Assembly (NCBI GenBank): GCA_951406725.2
Contig: OX597820.1
Span: 119,226,001 to 119,290,000 of the forward strand
Source of the DNA: Octopus vulgaris
Lineage: Eukaryota
Reading direction: 5' to 3'
DNA length: 64,000 nucleotides
The position numbers were made by a program, and so were the translations under genes. Each line of letters opens with the position of its first letter. Position 1 is the first letter of the stretch. Below are positions 40,471 through 54,896 of the stretch, one piece after another. The notes beneath the pieces are model-generated. The model worked only from the letters and a program-made list of their open reading frames with translations, did no database searches and was not told the DNA's origin.

Positions 40471-42033
40471 GATATTTAAACACATTCACATATATAAGAA
40501 TATAAGCCTTGACTAATATAGCTTCCTTCCCTTTACTGACGTATTGCTTGGTGTTATGTATACATGCTTATAAAATTGCATACATATATGCATGTACATA
40601 TACATGCGCACATAGAAATATGGAGAGAGAGAGAGATAGGGCGTGAGAGAGAGAGAGTGAGAGAGATAGGGGGAGATAGAAAGAGGAAGATTGCTGGCAA
40701 GATAAATAAATAAGTAGAAGATAGATCAAAGACTATCAGTATCCACATATGAGTCTTCTGCTGTAATTTTCTCTGAAAATTACAAAGGAGGGTAAGTGTA
40801 TGGATTGGTGTCAAGATTGTGTTGGAGATCACGGGGTCATGATTAGAAATATTTAATCGTAAATCATCTATCTTTTATCTACTTTAATGATTCTTGCCAT
40901 TCTATGCGCATACGAAAACAAAATATTAGATAAGATAACATCAAAAATTTCGATTCCAAATCCAAATCATAATTTATCCTGAGTAGAGGTCACTGGCAAA
41001 GATCAGAAACTAATAGGCTAAAATATTACGAATGAAATACAAATTTAAGAATAAAAATCGAGCAAAAAATCCCGTCACATATTTTTTCCCTCTGTCTAAT
41101 TCCCAAATTCATTTTTTTTTTTTTTCTGATTTCCACTTCTTTCTCTTACAGCAGGGTATATATTTATATGTAGATCTAGGTATCCAGTGACGTTTGACCT
41201 CAGATTGTCTGGTTTCAAAAGTGAATTGGTTTTCTTAGTTTCACAAGATAATTGCACATTCAATGGCTTATAAATTGTAAGATTATTAACAACTATTTAT
41301 TATTTCTCAAGCACAATAATATATTCTCTTCTCAACCTTAATCTTTTGACCCCGCAAATACCAGAGTAATTCAGCTAACATTGTGTATAGGTTCAGGGCA
41401 AGAAGAAATTACAAATGACATATGATTCAGACGTCTCTAATAAATAACGAACGAAATATTTACATCTTACCCATTGCCCCAACACACACACAAGCTATAA
41501 TGCATTATATATATGTGTGTGTTTGTGTGTGTGCGCATACGTACACACACACACACACACACACACGCCCTAATGATACTTTGCATTTAGAAGAATAATG
41601 GTTTTATATCTATTATTTAGAAATCTTCTCGGTCGTCTCCGAAATTACGTGGTCGTAGTGGTGCCATTTGTATTCTTCATGTTTATATCTACATATCTTT
41701 ATCCATTTCTTTCCCCCCTTCTCCTCTCTCTCTTTCTCTCTGTCTGTCTATCTATATGACTGTGTATCTATATATACATGCATATATATGTACGTGTGTA
41801 TGTGTGTGTAAGTGCAAACAATTTACAATTATTTAAATTTAAACAATATGCAATTCTCTTTCTTAACAATAACACATCCTAAAATCTTTTGAGAGAATTC
41901 GAATGGTTCTCTTTCTACAATGGTTGCACGTCTGCCATCTTAACAGATGTGTGTTCGTGTCCCTCGGGCAGCCATCAACGTTTTACTGCTCAGAGTATTT
42001 TTAACTGGATATTCTACTATTTATAGCCTCATC

Positions 42034-42268
42034 TACTGTGACTGGGGAGAGTCATTTTCTTTTTGTGCCTTAGAATTTAACACACGCACCGGTAAAATTT
42101 CCACTCATTTCTTATTTTTATTTTTCTAAAATTTTCGTTGCGTCTTGCAACCTATTCAATATTCTTTTTATAAGGCACAAAAAGAAAATGACTCTCCCCA
42201 GAAACAACAGAATATGCTTCAACACACGAACTCATATAAAGAATCTTGCAAGCCAAATCCGAAAACCA
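42034..42268. repeat. Second copy of the 4171-4470 fold-back element with a different breakpoint
   Basis: ggggagagtcattttctttttgtgcctt...cgttgcgtcttgcaacc, then inverted ttataaggcac...gaactcatataaagaatcttgcaagccaaatcc. Confidence 0.8.
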
Positions 42269-42325
42269 AATAGCTTCTTCTACTTCTATTTCAACTGCTA
42301 AATCGATTTATTTCCTATTTCTTGA

Positions 42326-43345
42326 ACTGAACCCCTACCCCAGTTTTTTTATAATGTTGATACGCATAAAGGCGGTGAGCTGGCAGAATCGTTGGCAACC
42401 CGGGCGAGAAACTTCGCAGCATTTAGTCCGTCTTTACTTTCTCAGTTCAAATTCAGCCGAAGTAGACGTTGCCTTTTATTTACTCGAGGTCGATAAAATA
42501 AGCCCCAGTTGAGCATTAGGATCGATGCAATCGTTTTGCCCCACCCTTCAAAAAGGTTGGCCTTGTGCGAAGATATGAAAGCCTAATATAATCTCAGTCA
42601 CATATGCAGATAGTCAAGCGTGTATAGATACGTCAAGTAAAAGCCTTGTGAATGGCTTTGCGAGACGGAAACTGAAAGAGGCCCGTCGTGTACATATATA
42701 CATTTGTGTGTGTGTGTGTGTTTCTTTGTGTCTGTGCTTCTACCCCCACTACTGGTATTGGTTTGTTTACTTCCCCGTAACTTAAGGGCAGAGCTAAAGA
42801 AAGCGATCGAATAACTACAAGGCTTAAGAAAAGAAAATTAAGTACTGGACACGATTCGTTGGAATAAAGTTCTCGAAGGTGGTGCGCCAAACTTGCCGCA
42901 GGCTAATTTCTGAAAGAAATGATAGATACTATAGAGTACGCACATAGAGAGTTGTAAAGATCGCAGACAATAAATTAAAACTGATAATATCGTTATTAAT
43001 TTGCTTAAAGAGTAATAGTCGACCATAGAGTTGACGTATCTATACACGCTTGACTATCTGTATATGTGACTGAGATTATATTAGGCTTTCATATCTTCGC
43101 ACAAGGCCAACCTTTTTGAAGGGTGGGGCAAAACGATTGCATTGATCCTAATGCTCAACTGGGGCTTATTTTATCGACCTCGAGTGAATGAAAGGCAACG
43201 TCTACTTCGGCTGAATTTGAACTGAGAAAGTAAAGACGGACTAAATGCTGCGCAGTGAATCGCCCGGGTTGCCAACGATTCTGCCAGCTCACCGCCTTTA
43301 TGCATATCAACATTATAAAAACTGGGGGGGGGGGGAGGGGTCAGT
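42326..43345. repeat. Local inverted duplication (~310-bp arms, ~395-bp spacer) containing a SINE B; decayed SINE A in the spacer
   Basis: 42326-42636 is the reverse complement of 43031-43345, including non-SINE flanks. Confidence 0.92.
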
Positions 43346-43580
43346 AATAGTCGGAGAAAAGAAAAAGATATTTGCTCCAGTCTTAAGTTTATGGATGTCG
43401 TTTGGAAAGGAGTAAACTCATTCCGTTGTGTATCAGAAAACTTGCAAATTTCACGTCATTCATTGCCTCAGAACTAAGAATGAAAACCATCGACTTGTGA
43501 CTGGCGAATCTTGAAGGTATGCACAAATATACATCGTACATACAACACGCTCTCACACTCACTCTCACACAAAAGCAGAA

Positions 43581-43620
<40 letters not shown>

Positions 43621-43674
43621 ACGTGTGTGCATGTGTGAGTGTATATTTCTGTGTATATAATATATAGATATATT

Positions 43675-44012
43675 CTTTTATTCTTTTACTTGTTTCAGTC
43701 ATTTGACTGCGGCCATACTGGAGCATCGCCTTTAGTCGAGCAAATCGATCACAGGACTTATTCTTTGTAAGCCTAGCACTTATTCTATCGTCATTTTGCC
43801 TAACCGCTAAGTTACAGGGCCGTAAACACACCAGCATCAGTTGTCAAGCAATGGATGGGAGACATACACAGACACGCACACACACACGCACACGCATACA
43901 CACACACATATGTATATATACGACAGGCTTCTCTCAGTTTTCATATACCAAATCCACTCACAAGTCTTTGGTCAGATCGAGGCTATAATAGAAAACATTT
44001 CCCCAAGTTGCC
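43675..44012 (-). mobile_element. SINE family A, 5'-truncated
   Basis: Reverse complement of ~62535-62860. Confidence 0.85.
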
Positions 44013-44294
44013 ATACATTTTTTTTTCTAGAACATTATGACTCATCAAACTGGTTACCCAGTTTCCATTGCGTATAAGTAATCGATATCACTGCATTTCC
44101 CCAGAATGGGACGTGGGTCGGTTGCAGGGTTCAAGGCTAGCAATTTCTGAGGAGAAAGATCAAATCAACTACATCGACTCCAGTGTTTGCTGTTGCTTAA
44201 TGTATTTTACCGACCACAAAGCGATGAGAGACAAAGGTAATTTCGACGGGATTTGAACTCAAAACATAAAAGAACCCGGACGAAAAGCGGCTAT

Positions 44295-44612
44295 GGATCG
44301 CGGTTTCGATTCCCAGGCCGGGCGTTGTGAGTGCTTATTGAGCGAAAACACCTAAGGTTCCATGAGGCTTTGGCAGTGGGTGGTGGCGAACCCTGCTGTA
44401 TTCTTTCACGACAGCTGTCTCTCACTTTCTTCTGGTTTCTGTTCTACCTGTTACACTCTTGTCACACTCTGTGTCACGCTGAATCTCCCCGAGAACTACT
44501 GTAAGGGTACACGAGTCTGTAGAGTGCTCAACCACTTGTACGTTAATTTCACAAGCTGGTTGTTTCGTTGATCGATCAACTGGAGCCCTCGTCTTCATCG
44601 ACGGAGTACCAC
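44295..44612 (+). mobile_element. SINE family C, 5'-truncated
   Basis: Matches ~47842-48170. Confidence 0.85.
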
Positions 44613-44896
44613 AAGACAAGCTTTCCTCAAACACTTGCTGAACAACGTGCAACGAAAATTTGTTCAAGTGTCTAAATGTTTGTGTTGTACTCGCTCTCTC
44701 TATTAATTCGGCACTGCATATACTCATGTACGGCATGCCATTTCGAAATAGTAACAGTTGTGAAGTGGAATCTTTTGGTTATCAACACAACGCACCATTC
44801 TTTCCAGGAGCCGAAACCGCGATCTACGATTTGAAGAACGTGACTGTAAACCTGTAAAATTAAAAAGGCCACGTCCATTCACATATACGTCTACGT

Positions 44897-44948
<52 letters not shown>

Positions 44949-44991
44949 TATAATTATATATATATATGTATATATTTACACAGTATATATA

Positions 44992-45024
<33 letters not shown>

Positions 45025-45123
45025 GGGGAGTGCGTGTGTTTATATATGTAAGTATATATACATGTATACATATGCATAAATATATATGCATATATATGTA
45101 TTCATAAGTATATGAGTATATAT

Positions 45124-45156
<33 letters not shown>

Positions 45157-45545
45157 ACAACATTGCTTATATCACGACACATTATTTACAGTATACATAG
45201 ATTTTTTTTCTACGTACAAAATATCTGATAATTTTCTTAGCGTCCCATACACTTTACTTGACAAATTTACAGCTTTGTATACAATGGATTAGAAACAATA
45301 AATGTATTTTGTTTGGGTGAAATTTGATTGTATTTTTCTACATTCTTTTGTCTGTTTGCTTGATATCATTTGTTTAATCCTTTTTCTTGGTCTTTTATCC
45401 TTTTGTATGCTGAACATTGCAGCAATTCTGGCAACTACGCAAGAGATTTCAGATTTTGGCCTTGTATATTAGTTTGAATCTGTCAGATTCATTTAATAAC
45501 TGAATGATTTATCTATATACATTAGAAAAAAATATGTATAATGAT

Positions 45546-45606
<61 letters not shown>

Positions 45607-45949
45607 GTAGCAGCAATCGTTGTTATGATAGAGAATATTGTAAGGATGAGACAAGATACAGTAAAATATATATGGATGTACGATAAGAATTTATCAAATA
45701 AATAAAATAAAAAAGGAATCCTCTATCAGATATGTTGGTGCAAATTTCCCCAGACGAATCTATTAGAGTTTTATGCGACCCACTGTTTGGAAATGATGGT
45801 ATTTTTAACTAGAGATTTGTAATCCTTTGTGTGTGTGTTTGTTTTGAATGCATTTCGACGTTTCAATAGCAATTATTCCTTATTTATAATTTGCTTCTTT
45901 CATAAGATTATATACACACACACAAATATATACACACACATACATAAAT

Positions 45950-45966
45950 TTATGTACGTATGTATG

Positions 45967-46000
<34 letters not shown>

Positions 46001-46280
46001 TGCATGTATGTATGTATGTATGCATGTATGTATGCATGTATGTATGTAGTATGTATGTATGCATGTATGTATGTAGTATGTATGTATGTATGTATGTACG
46101 CACGTACGTATGTATGTATGTATGTACGTACGTACGTATGTATGTATGTATGTATGTATGTATGCATGTGTGTATGTAAGTATGAATGTATGTATGAATG
46201 TATGTATGAATGTATGTATGTATGTATGTATGTATGAATGTATGTATGTATGAATGTATGTATGTATGTATGTATGCATA
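45950..46280. repeat. (TATG)n microsatellite
   Basis: Direct inspection. Confidence 0.95.
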
Positions 46281-46369
46281 TATACGCGCATGTGTATTGG
46301 CATGAGTTTCTACACACAAACACGCACGCACTCATATATGTATGCATGTAAATGTTGGTTTCAAATTTT

Positions 46370-46542
46370 AGCACAAGGCCAGCAATTTCGGGGGAGAGAG
46401 TAAGTCGATTAGATCAACCCCGGTGCTCAAGTCGCGCTTATTTTATCGATCTCGGTGGAATTTGAATTCAGAATGTAAAAACGGACGAAATAAGGCAAAA
46501 CATTTTGTCCGGCGTGCTAACAACTCTGCCAGCTCACCGTCT
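46370..46542 (-). mobile_element. Degenerate SINE family B
   Basis: Minus strand gacggtgagctggcagagttgttagcacgccggac... Confidence 0.75.
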
Positions 46543-46915
46543 AATTTATATCTGTAGATATGACTCTTGTATGTTCCATCAACACGTCTAGTTTGTACAT
46601 TTTAAATTTAGAAGAACAAATCTTTATGACAAGCGGTGATGGATAGATGAAGGTGGGAGGTAAGTTAGATTGTTTTTTTTTTAATTAACATATCAGGAAC
46701 TCGTCTCATCAATTAGATGGTGTTGAGTGGAATTGATTGTTTTATTCACCACTATGAATCAGCAAATCTCTATTTTCTCAGTTTTTACGAATTCGAAAAA
46801 GAAGAGGGAATAAATGCATGGAAGTCTCGGAAATTCATAACAATTAAATATCACATTCATTTGTCACATTTATCTCAGCCTTTATAAGTTTTTTCACAAA
46901 TCAATACATAGTATA

Positions 46916-47080
46916 GGCGCAGGAGTGGCTGTGTGGTAAGTAGCTTGCTTACCAACCACATGGTTCCGGGTTCAGTCCCACTGCGTGGAACCTTGGGCAA
47001 ATGTCTTCTGCTATAGCCTCGGGCCGACCAAAGTCTTGAGAGTGGATTTGGTAGACAGAAAATGAAAGAAGCCCGTCGTA

Positions 47081-47126
<46 letters not shown>

Positions 47127-47357
47127 TGTGTGTGTTTGTGTGTCTGTGTTTGTCCCTCCCCCCACCATCGCTTGACAACCGATGCTGGTGTGTTTATGTC
47201 CCCGTCACTTAGCGGTTCGGCAAAAAGAGACCGATAGAATATGTACTGGGCTTACAAAGAAAAATCCCGGGGTCGATTTGCTCGACTAAAGGTGGTGCTC
47301 CAGCATGGCCACAGTCAAATGACTGAAACAAGTAAAAGTGTAAAGAGTAAAGAGAGT
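46916..47357 (+). mobile_element. SINE family A (tRNA-derived), full length
   Basis: A-box-like tggctgtgtgg, B-box-like ggttcagtcc, internal (TA)n(TG)n, tail gactgaaacaagtaaaag with short terminal repeats. Confidence 0.92.
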
Positions 47358-47796
47358 ATTGGCAGATAAATGGTTATTATGCCATTGAAAGGTCTTCTGA
47401 TGTGCCTCAACCTTTAGCTGCAATATCTGAAACACATTGGAGAAAGAGCGAGGTTTCGAAATGCTTCTGAAACCTGTAAAGTTCCCGTTGCCAGCCTTGG
47501 TGCTGTGAGTATGTATGTAACTTAAATATGCCCATATTACAGTTAACAAATCTTTCAAGGTAAATCGTCTGAAGATCTGGTAATGACGGTGACGAGGAAA
47601 AAACAACCAAACCTAATAAAGGACCTAAAAAAGATAAGGAGTGCCTAGTGGGAAGACGCATATTCATGCTTCCGGTCGAGAGTAGTTTTCATTTCTGCTC
47701 ACCATTTCTGCATGTTTCTTCCACTTCCCTCTTTTTTATTCTTCGCTCCTGGTATTCCGCATCTGCTTTGACACCACTGATTATAACTGGTAAAGT

Positions 47797-48175
47797 GGAG
47801 GCGCAATGGCACAGTGGTTAGGGCAGCGGACTCGCGGTCATAGGATCGCGGTTTCGATTCCCAGACCGGGCGTTGTGAGTGTTTATTGAGCGAAAACACC
47901 TAAAGCTCCACGAGGCTCCGGCAGGGATGGTGGTGATCCCTGCTGTACTCTTTCACCACAACTTTCTCTCACTCTTACTTCCTGTTTCTGTTGTACCTGT
48001 ATTTCAAAGGGCCGGCCTTGTCACTCTCTGTGTCACGCTGAATATCCCCGAGAACTACGTTAAGTGTACACGTGTCTGTGGAGTGCTCAGCCACTTACAC
48101 GTTAATTTCACGAGCAGGCTGTTCCGTTGATTCGGATCAACCGGAACCCTCGTCGTCGTAACCGACGGATGCTTA
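47797..48175 (+). mobile_element. SINE family C (tRNA-derived), full length
   Basis: A box tggcacagtgg, B box gtttcgattcc; near-TSD ataact(g/a)gtaaa. Confidence 0.92.
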
Positions 48176-48549
48176 AGGAGAAGGTCATAACTAGTAAAAC
48201 GAAATGGTGCAGCTACACGATTGTTATGGGTGAAGGGGGAGACTTATATTAACCTTCAGTATTTGATTATCAAACACTCTATCGAACCCCAGAAAGGTCG
48301 AAGGGCAATGTCTGATCGTAAGGACTGGAACACAGAAACTAAGTAGATGCAATTAGTGACCGCACGATCTGGCGATTCTGTGCACTTCTCCCAACTGATA
48401 TGTCTAGTATTTATGATGACCATTAAAAGAGGATTGGCGAAAGAAAAAATAATGTTATTGTAAAACACAATACAAACTATGGTTAAAAGAAGGGTAAGAA
48501 ACCTGAGGATGAACATGTGGAACGAGACGTGAATGCGTAGGAAGTGGAT

Positions 48550-49111
48550 GCTGATGACGCTGACAATGTTCTTATGAGGAAGGTGAGAATGAAGATGGTG
48601 ATGGTGAAGATGATAATGATGATGATGATGACGACGATGATGATGATAGCGATAGTGAGCATGACAATGATGATGATGATGTCAAAGATGATAATGATGA
48701 TTATGAAGAGGAGGACGAGGAGGGGAAGGAGGATTACAATGATGGTGATGATGATGATGCACTTGATATATTTTGTTAATGATGACGATGATGCAAAAAC
48801 AACACACAACTTTGCTAATGAAGATAAAAACGGTGCAGTGCAATGAAGCATTCTCCATGTAAAGACGTGACATTCTGTGCGGGGAAAAGATTAAATGCAA
48901 GAAAAGAAAAAAAACAAAACAAAACCAATAACAACAACTAAATAAATAGAAGAAACGATGAGAAAAGAATTTTATAAATTCAGGAAAAAGTAAATGGAAA
49001 ATAATTATATGATTCGAAAATTGGATCTTAATTAACGAATTTCCTACATCGAATTGCAAACACAGACACACGGCAAGAAAGGGAAACCAAATTGAAGGAA
49101 GAAGAAAATAC

Positions 49112-49168
<57 letters not shown>

Positions 49169-49240
49169 GTAATAATATAAATAATAAAAATATAAATAAT
49201 AATAATAATAATAATAATAATGATAATAATAATAATAATG

Positions 49241-49271
<31 letters not shown>

Positions 49272-49420
49272 TAATAATAATAATAATGATAATAAAAATA
49301 AAAATATAAATAATAATAATAATGATGATCATGATGATGATGAGGAGGAGGAGGAGAAGAAGCATTATGATGACGATGGAGATGATATTCATGAAAATGA
49401 TGATGATGATGATGATAATG
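48550..49420. repeat. (GAT)n/(AAT)n low-complexity region
   Basis: Direct inspection. Confidence 0.85.
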
Positions 49421-49659
49421 GTATATATATATATATATATGTGTGTGTGTATGTGTGCGTGTGTGCGTATGTATGCATTAGATATGTATGTATCTGGGTG
49501 CGCGTGCGTATGTATGTATGTATGTAAATATATATATATAGTTGTAACAGTGTATATAATCATTAGCATATCACTGAGATACTTTCTCCTTTTCATCTCT
49601 CACTCTCTGTCTTCCTCCTTCACTCTTTCTTTTCACACACATACACAGACACAGACACA

Positions 49660-49702
<43 letters not shown>

Positions 49703-49715
49703 GTGTGTGTGTATA

Positions 49716-49778
<63 letters not shown>

Positions 49779-49879
49779 GTATGTATATACATATAGATAT
49801 GCACACATACAAGCACGTATATCTTCATATATCCATACATATATGCACACATATCTTCATATATACACGTATATCTACA

Positions 49880-49912
<33 letters not shown>

Positions 49913-49944
49913 GTCTTTATATACATTTACATATATGTAGGTTT

Positions 49945-49980
<36 letters not shown>

Positions 49981-50662
49981 CATGAAAAAAAGAAGAAATT
50001 TGAGTATTTTGAACAAAGCATGAATAAACAAACTAATTTAAAATCGTGAATATCTTTCAACATAACAATAAATAATTTAATATATAAACTGAAAAATAAA
50101 ATCAACACTGAAAAATAAAATAAACTCTGTGAACTTTAGTTTTATAGATTTGAGATTTATGTTTATGTAAATATAAAACTTAAAGTCCGAAGAGTAATTG
50201 AAGACCATCGTTGCAAATGTGTATTCAGCTACATGTGAATCGATGTGGTTGGGAACTATGAAGCAGAGAGTCTTTGAGTGAATAGAAACGCTGAAAGAGA
50301 AGAGAAAGAAAAATGGAAGTAGAAATAATATACAAATACATAAATGTAAATATATCTTAAATTGAATGAAAATAAAGAAAAGGTAGATAAATTTGTAAAA
50401 TATAACAAATTATAAGCGGAACTTTTGGAAGGTAATTAAATAAGGCATAAATTGAAAATAATCGATAATATTTAATAACCATAGCAAAAACAAAGCAAAA
50501 ATATAGAGAAAATAATGAACCTAGATACATAAATGGAATCAACACATATTGAGAATTTTTACAAACGAGGTCTGAGTTCAATGTCTGAGAGGAAATGCTT
50601 TTCTCGCTGGAAACCATATTTCTCTCAGAGGAATCCTTATCATTATATTCCTCTTCTTTGAA

Positions 50663-51077
50663 GGCGGCGAGCTGGCAGAAACGTTAGCACGCCGGGCGAA
50701 ATGCTTGGCGGTATTTCGTCTGCAGCTACGTTCTGAGTTCAAATTCCGCCGAGGTCGACTGTGCCTTTCATCCTTTCGGGGTCGATAAATTAAGTACCAG
50801 TTTCGCACTGGGGTCGATGTAATCGACTTAATCCCTTTGTCTGTCCTTGTTTGTCCCCTCTGTGTTTAGTCCCTTGTGGGTAGTAAAGAAATAGGTATTT
50901 CGTCTGCCACTACGTTCTGAGTTCAAATTCCGCAGAGGTCGACTGTGCCTTTCATCCTTTCGGGGTCGATAAATTAAGTACCAGTTTCGCACTGGGGTCG
51001 ATGTAATCGACTTAATCCCTTTGTCTGTCCTTGTTTGTCTCCTCTGTGTTTAGCCCCTTGTGGGTAGATAAGAAATA
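50663..51077 (+). mobile_element. SINE family B dimer (full unit plus one 5'-trimmed unit)
   Basis: ggcggcgagctggcagaa head, gagttcaaattcc B box; second unit starts ggtatttcgtc at ~50894; near-TSD tatattcctc(t/a)tctt. Confidence 0.92.
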
Positions 51078-52180
51078 TATATTCCTCATCTTCCCATGCT
51101 CGTATTTCAGAAACAATTTCTTGTGTAAGTGTACAGTTATTTTAGGATATTATTGTTTAACTTTCATCCTTTATCTATCAAATTTAAGGATTATAAAATC
51201 TTTCGACTGTACACTACCTTTTTAAAGGGCGATCCTTTATGATTTGAGGCAGATCCGTCTCTTATTTATAAAGAACTTTATGATCCTATAATTTCTCTCT
51301 ATTACGCTCAATGTATTTTTTAATTGTAAACCTTACATTAACTCAATTGTGATAAAACAGCATCTCAACCCGCGGGAGATAAATTACCTTTGAGTCACAT
51401 TCCTCAAAACTAATTTCTGAAATACATTTGCATTTTTTTGCATTACAAATATATTTAATTAGACGAATAATTAAACGTGATGCATGTTTCAAGGATGTGA
51501 ACTCTTAATAAAAAATAATCCACGATCTTATTCCGTTAAAATCAAAACAGGTAGGTGGTAGATGCATACGCTGCACATTCGTGAGAAGTAACGGAGTGTA
51601 AACAAGTTGAAATAACACATAAGTTTGCTAGGAACGTATGATTTGGCGTGTTTACAAATAGGAGACGTACAGATATTCTTGCAACGCTAAATAGATCCAT
51701 ATGATTAGAATTGCTCAGACTATTAGCTTCTTCTTTAAGGGTGAAACATATTTTTACTCTAAGCATCTACACTAAATTTTGATACTTCTGATTTGCGTAC
51801 ATCATCAGGGATCAAATTCTGTTATCTTTATATAATAATACAGGATTATATTCTAATTAAGAACTTCTATTCCTAAGCTTATCGTCTTTCTATAATTAAT
51901 CTCAGCTATTTACAGAGTAAATATGTTGATTAATGAGCGTTTAGCAAAGTGATTAACCAAAGCAACGTAAATATGGAGTTTCAAACTTCTTACCTAATAT
52001 TATCAATAAATCAACTGACATTAGTGAAATTTTTAAACTAAAACTATTAACTTCATAACCTACAGCATGTTTAGAATACATATTTATAGTACTCGATGCC
52101 AAATCAACATTAAAAACTAATTAAACATAAGCCTATTTAAAATACAGCGAGCCAAAATGGCAGCATATACCAGCAGTAAA

Positions 52181-52640
52181 TCATCATCATCATCATCATT
52201 GTTCGACCGTGGTCGAGACAATGGAATTTACCATGCTACGCCAGACTTCCCGGTCCATCATGGCATTACGGAGGTCCTGTTGCTGGATGCCTGTATCCCT
52301 GGAGATTACATCAGAGTAGGAGAGTGTGCGCCCTCTGGAGAAGAGTAGAAATTACCTCTTTTTCAGCTCTACAACAATGTCCAGCAAACTGGACTCTCTT
52401 ACCTTTCACAAGAGATGTCACAGGTGGTAGTTTCCTATATATTTGCATTTTGGTTGGATGACGCTTCCACGAGAGATTTTGAGCTCTCATAAGGAGGCGA
52501 GTGTAAGTTCCATCCAACCGCCTCTCAAGCTTCTTTGATAACGTCTAGGTTTCTGAGCCATATAGTAGAATTGGTTCGACTGTGGCTTTGAAGATTTCAA
52601 GTTTGAAGTCTCTACTTAGATTTGATGACCAGATCTTATG
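52181..52640 (-). pseudogene. RTE-clade LINE 3' end with (TGA)n tail
   Basis: LLYGSET..LSKKLERRLDGTYTRLLMRAQNLSW..QFAGHC.R; (tca)n on the plus strand at the 3' end. Confidence 0.85.
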
Positions 52641-53124
52641 CAGTAAATCAACCTAATTGTTAAAAGAACCAAACCTGACTGAAATCAGACTTACAGTCCT
52701 AACATGAAAACATAACCGTAAATGTAGTCCTTGATATACTATGCTTACAACAGGACGATATCTGGGAGACAGAGTTTGGATCATAGATGCGTTGGGACTA
52801 TGAGAAAACGACAAAGAAAAACTAAAAGGTTTTCCGGATGACTCAAATTAAGAAGATAACTTTGCAACAGCGTGGTTTCGAACTCACTGTCACTGATTGG
52901 GAAAATGCTTTCTTTGATATCCGCCGGACGACCAATGCCTTATGAGTGTATTCGTTAGATGGAAACTACGTGAAAACCACATTATTTCATGTATATATGC
53001 ATTGTATGTATGGATGGATGTATAAATGTATGTATTTATGTATGTATATATATATATAAATATATATATATATGCATGTATATATATATATATGTATATG
53101 CATGTATATATATATATATATATA

Positions 53125-53164
<40 letters not shown>

Positions 53165-53220
53165 TATATGTATACAGACGTTCATACATACATACATACA
53201 CATATACATACATACATACA

Positions 53221-53311
<91 letters not shown>

Positions 53312-53315
<4 letters not shown>

Positions 53316-53644
53316 GGTAAAGACCCCCTTCGGTCATGAATGACCATGGGATTGCACCTAGAAAGTTACCCTCCTAGACACAAGTCCGGGCAAGGTTGTT
53401 TATGGAAGACCAGCAGTCGCCCATGCATACCAGCCTCCCCTCTCCACGCCACCAGTGTTATCCAAGGGAAAGACAAAGGTCGATACAGCTTGGCACCAGT
53501 GACGTCGCAACTCATTTCTACAGCTGAGTGAACTGGAGCAACGTGAAATAAAGTGCTTTGCTCAAGAACACAACACGCAGCCCGGTCCGGGATTCGAGCT
53601 CACAACCTCACGATCGTAAGCTCGACGCTCTAACCACTGAGCCA
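53312..53644 (-). mobile_element. SINE family D (tRNA-Arg-like head, CORE-like centre)
   Basis: Reverse complement of 63441-63778. Confidence 0.92.
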
Positions 53645-53896
53645 TGATATACAAAAAGGATATCCAAGGTAGAGTAGTACAAATGTTTTATGCTACTTCA
53701 TTTTATTAAACACTGTATGTATTACATCCGTTTTAAAATGTCGAGCAATCTTCAGCCACATATAGAATTTAACGGACAATGCACATTTTATCTCTATGTC
53801 ATTTGCCAACATTATTAAGAGGGTAGATATATAGACAGAGAGGTTGATTTCATTCTTAAGAGCATGATAGTAGTATGTTCATTATTCATCTACGTA

Positions 53897-53932
<36 letters not shown>

Positions 53933-54222
53933 TGTATATGTATGTATGTATGTAAAGTAAGCTATAGAGTAAAGTAAGCGATAGAGTAGGTAGCAGACTT
54001 AATCCTATAAGTACTATTGCCGATGTTTTTCGGCTAAACCCTTCAAGGCCGTGCTGGGGCCACTGGCCGAAGCGATTCAAAAGATCAAAATAAAAAATAA
54101 GAAAAGACTACGACATTAGACTAATTATTTTCTCTCCGTGAATAACTGAATACTCATAGACCAAACCTTGCGCATTTGAATCTAGTTATACCTCTTCTTT
54201 TGAGAAAATATTAAAACATATG

Positions 54223-54255
<33 letters not shown>

Positions 54256-54259
54256 ATGT

Positions 54260-54483
54260 GTGTGTATATGTTTGTGTGTCTGTGCTTGTTCCACTAGCAT
54301 TGCTTGACAACCGATGCTGGTGTGTTTACGTCCCCGTTACAAAGCGGTTCGGCAAAAGAGACCGATAGAATAAGTACTGGGCTTACAAAGAATAAGTCCC
54401 GGGGTCGATTTGCCCGACTAAAGGCGGTGCTCCAGCATGGCCGCAGTCAAATGACTGAAACACGTAAAAGAGTAAAAAAGAGT
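54260..54483 (+). mobile_element. SINE family A, 3' half
   Basis: Matches ~62650-62865; starts at the internal microsatellite. Confidence 0.88.
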
Positions 54484-54665
54484 ATAGCTAAACCTACATA
54501 TATATAGACTAGTGGCACCAAATTTTATAAAATCTAAATTTAGTGAATTGCTTAACCTCGAAACCGAAACGCCCTTACTGGTTTATTTCCTTGAGTCGTC
54601 GTTTAAAACAAATCTTAAATTGTAATTTATTTTACCAAGAAAATATATAACTGTATATATATATC

Positions 54666-54896
54666 TATTCCTTTACTACCCACAAAGGGCTAAACACAGA
54701 GAGGACAAACAAGGACAGACAAACGGATTAAGTCGATTACATCGACCCCAGTGCGTAACTGGTACTTAATTTATCGACCCTGAAAGGATGAAAGGCAAAG
54801 TCGACCTCGGCGGAATTTGAACCCAGAACGTAACGGCAGACGAAATACGGCTACGCATTTCGCCCGCCGTGCTAACGATTCTGCCAGCTCGCCGCC
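54666..54896 (-). mobile_element. SINE family B monomer, full length
   Basis: Reverse complement of 50663-50893; TSD taactgtatatatat on both sides. Confidence 0.92.

Noticed and set aside
40720-41160. Splice-like signals (GAGG|GTAAGT at ~40790; pyrimidine tract + CAG at ~41150)
   Set aside because: No convincing coding exon or homology; such motifs are frequent by chance
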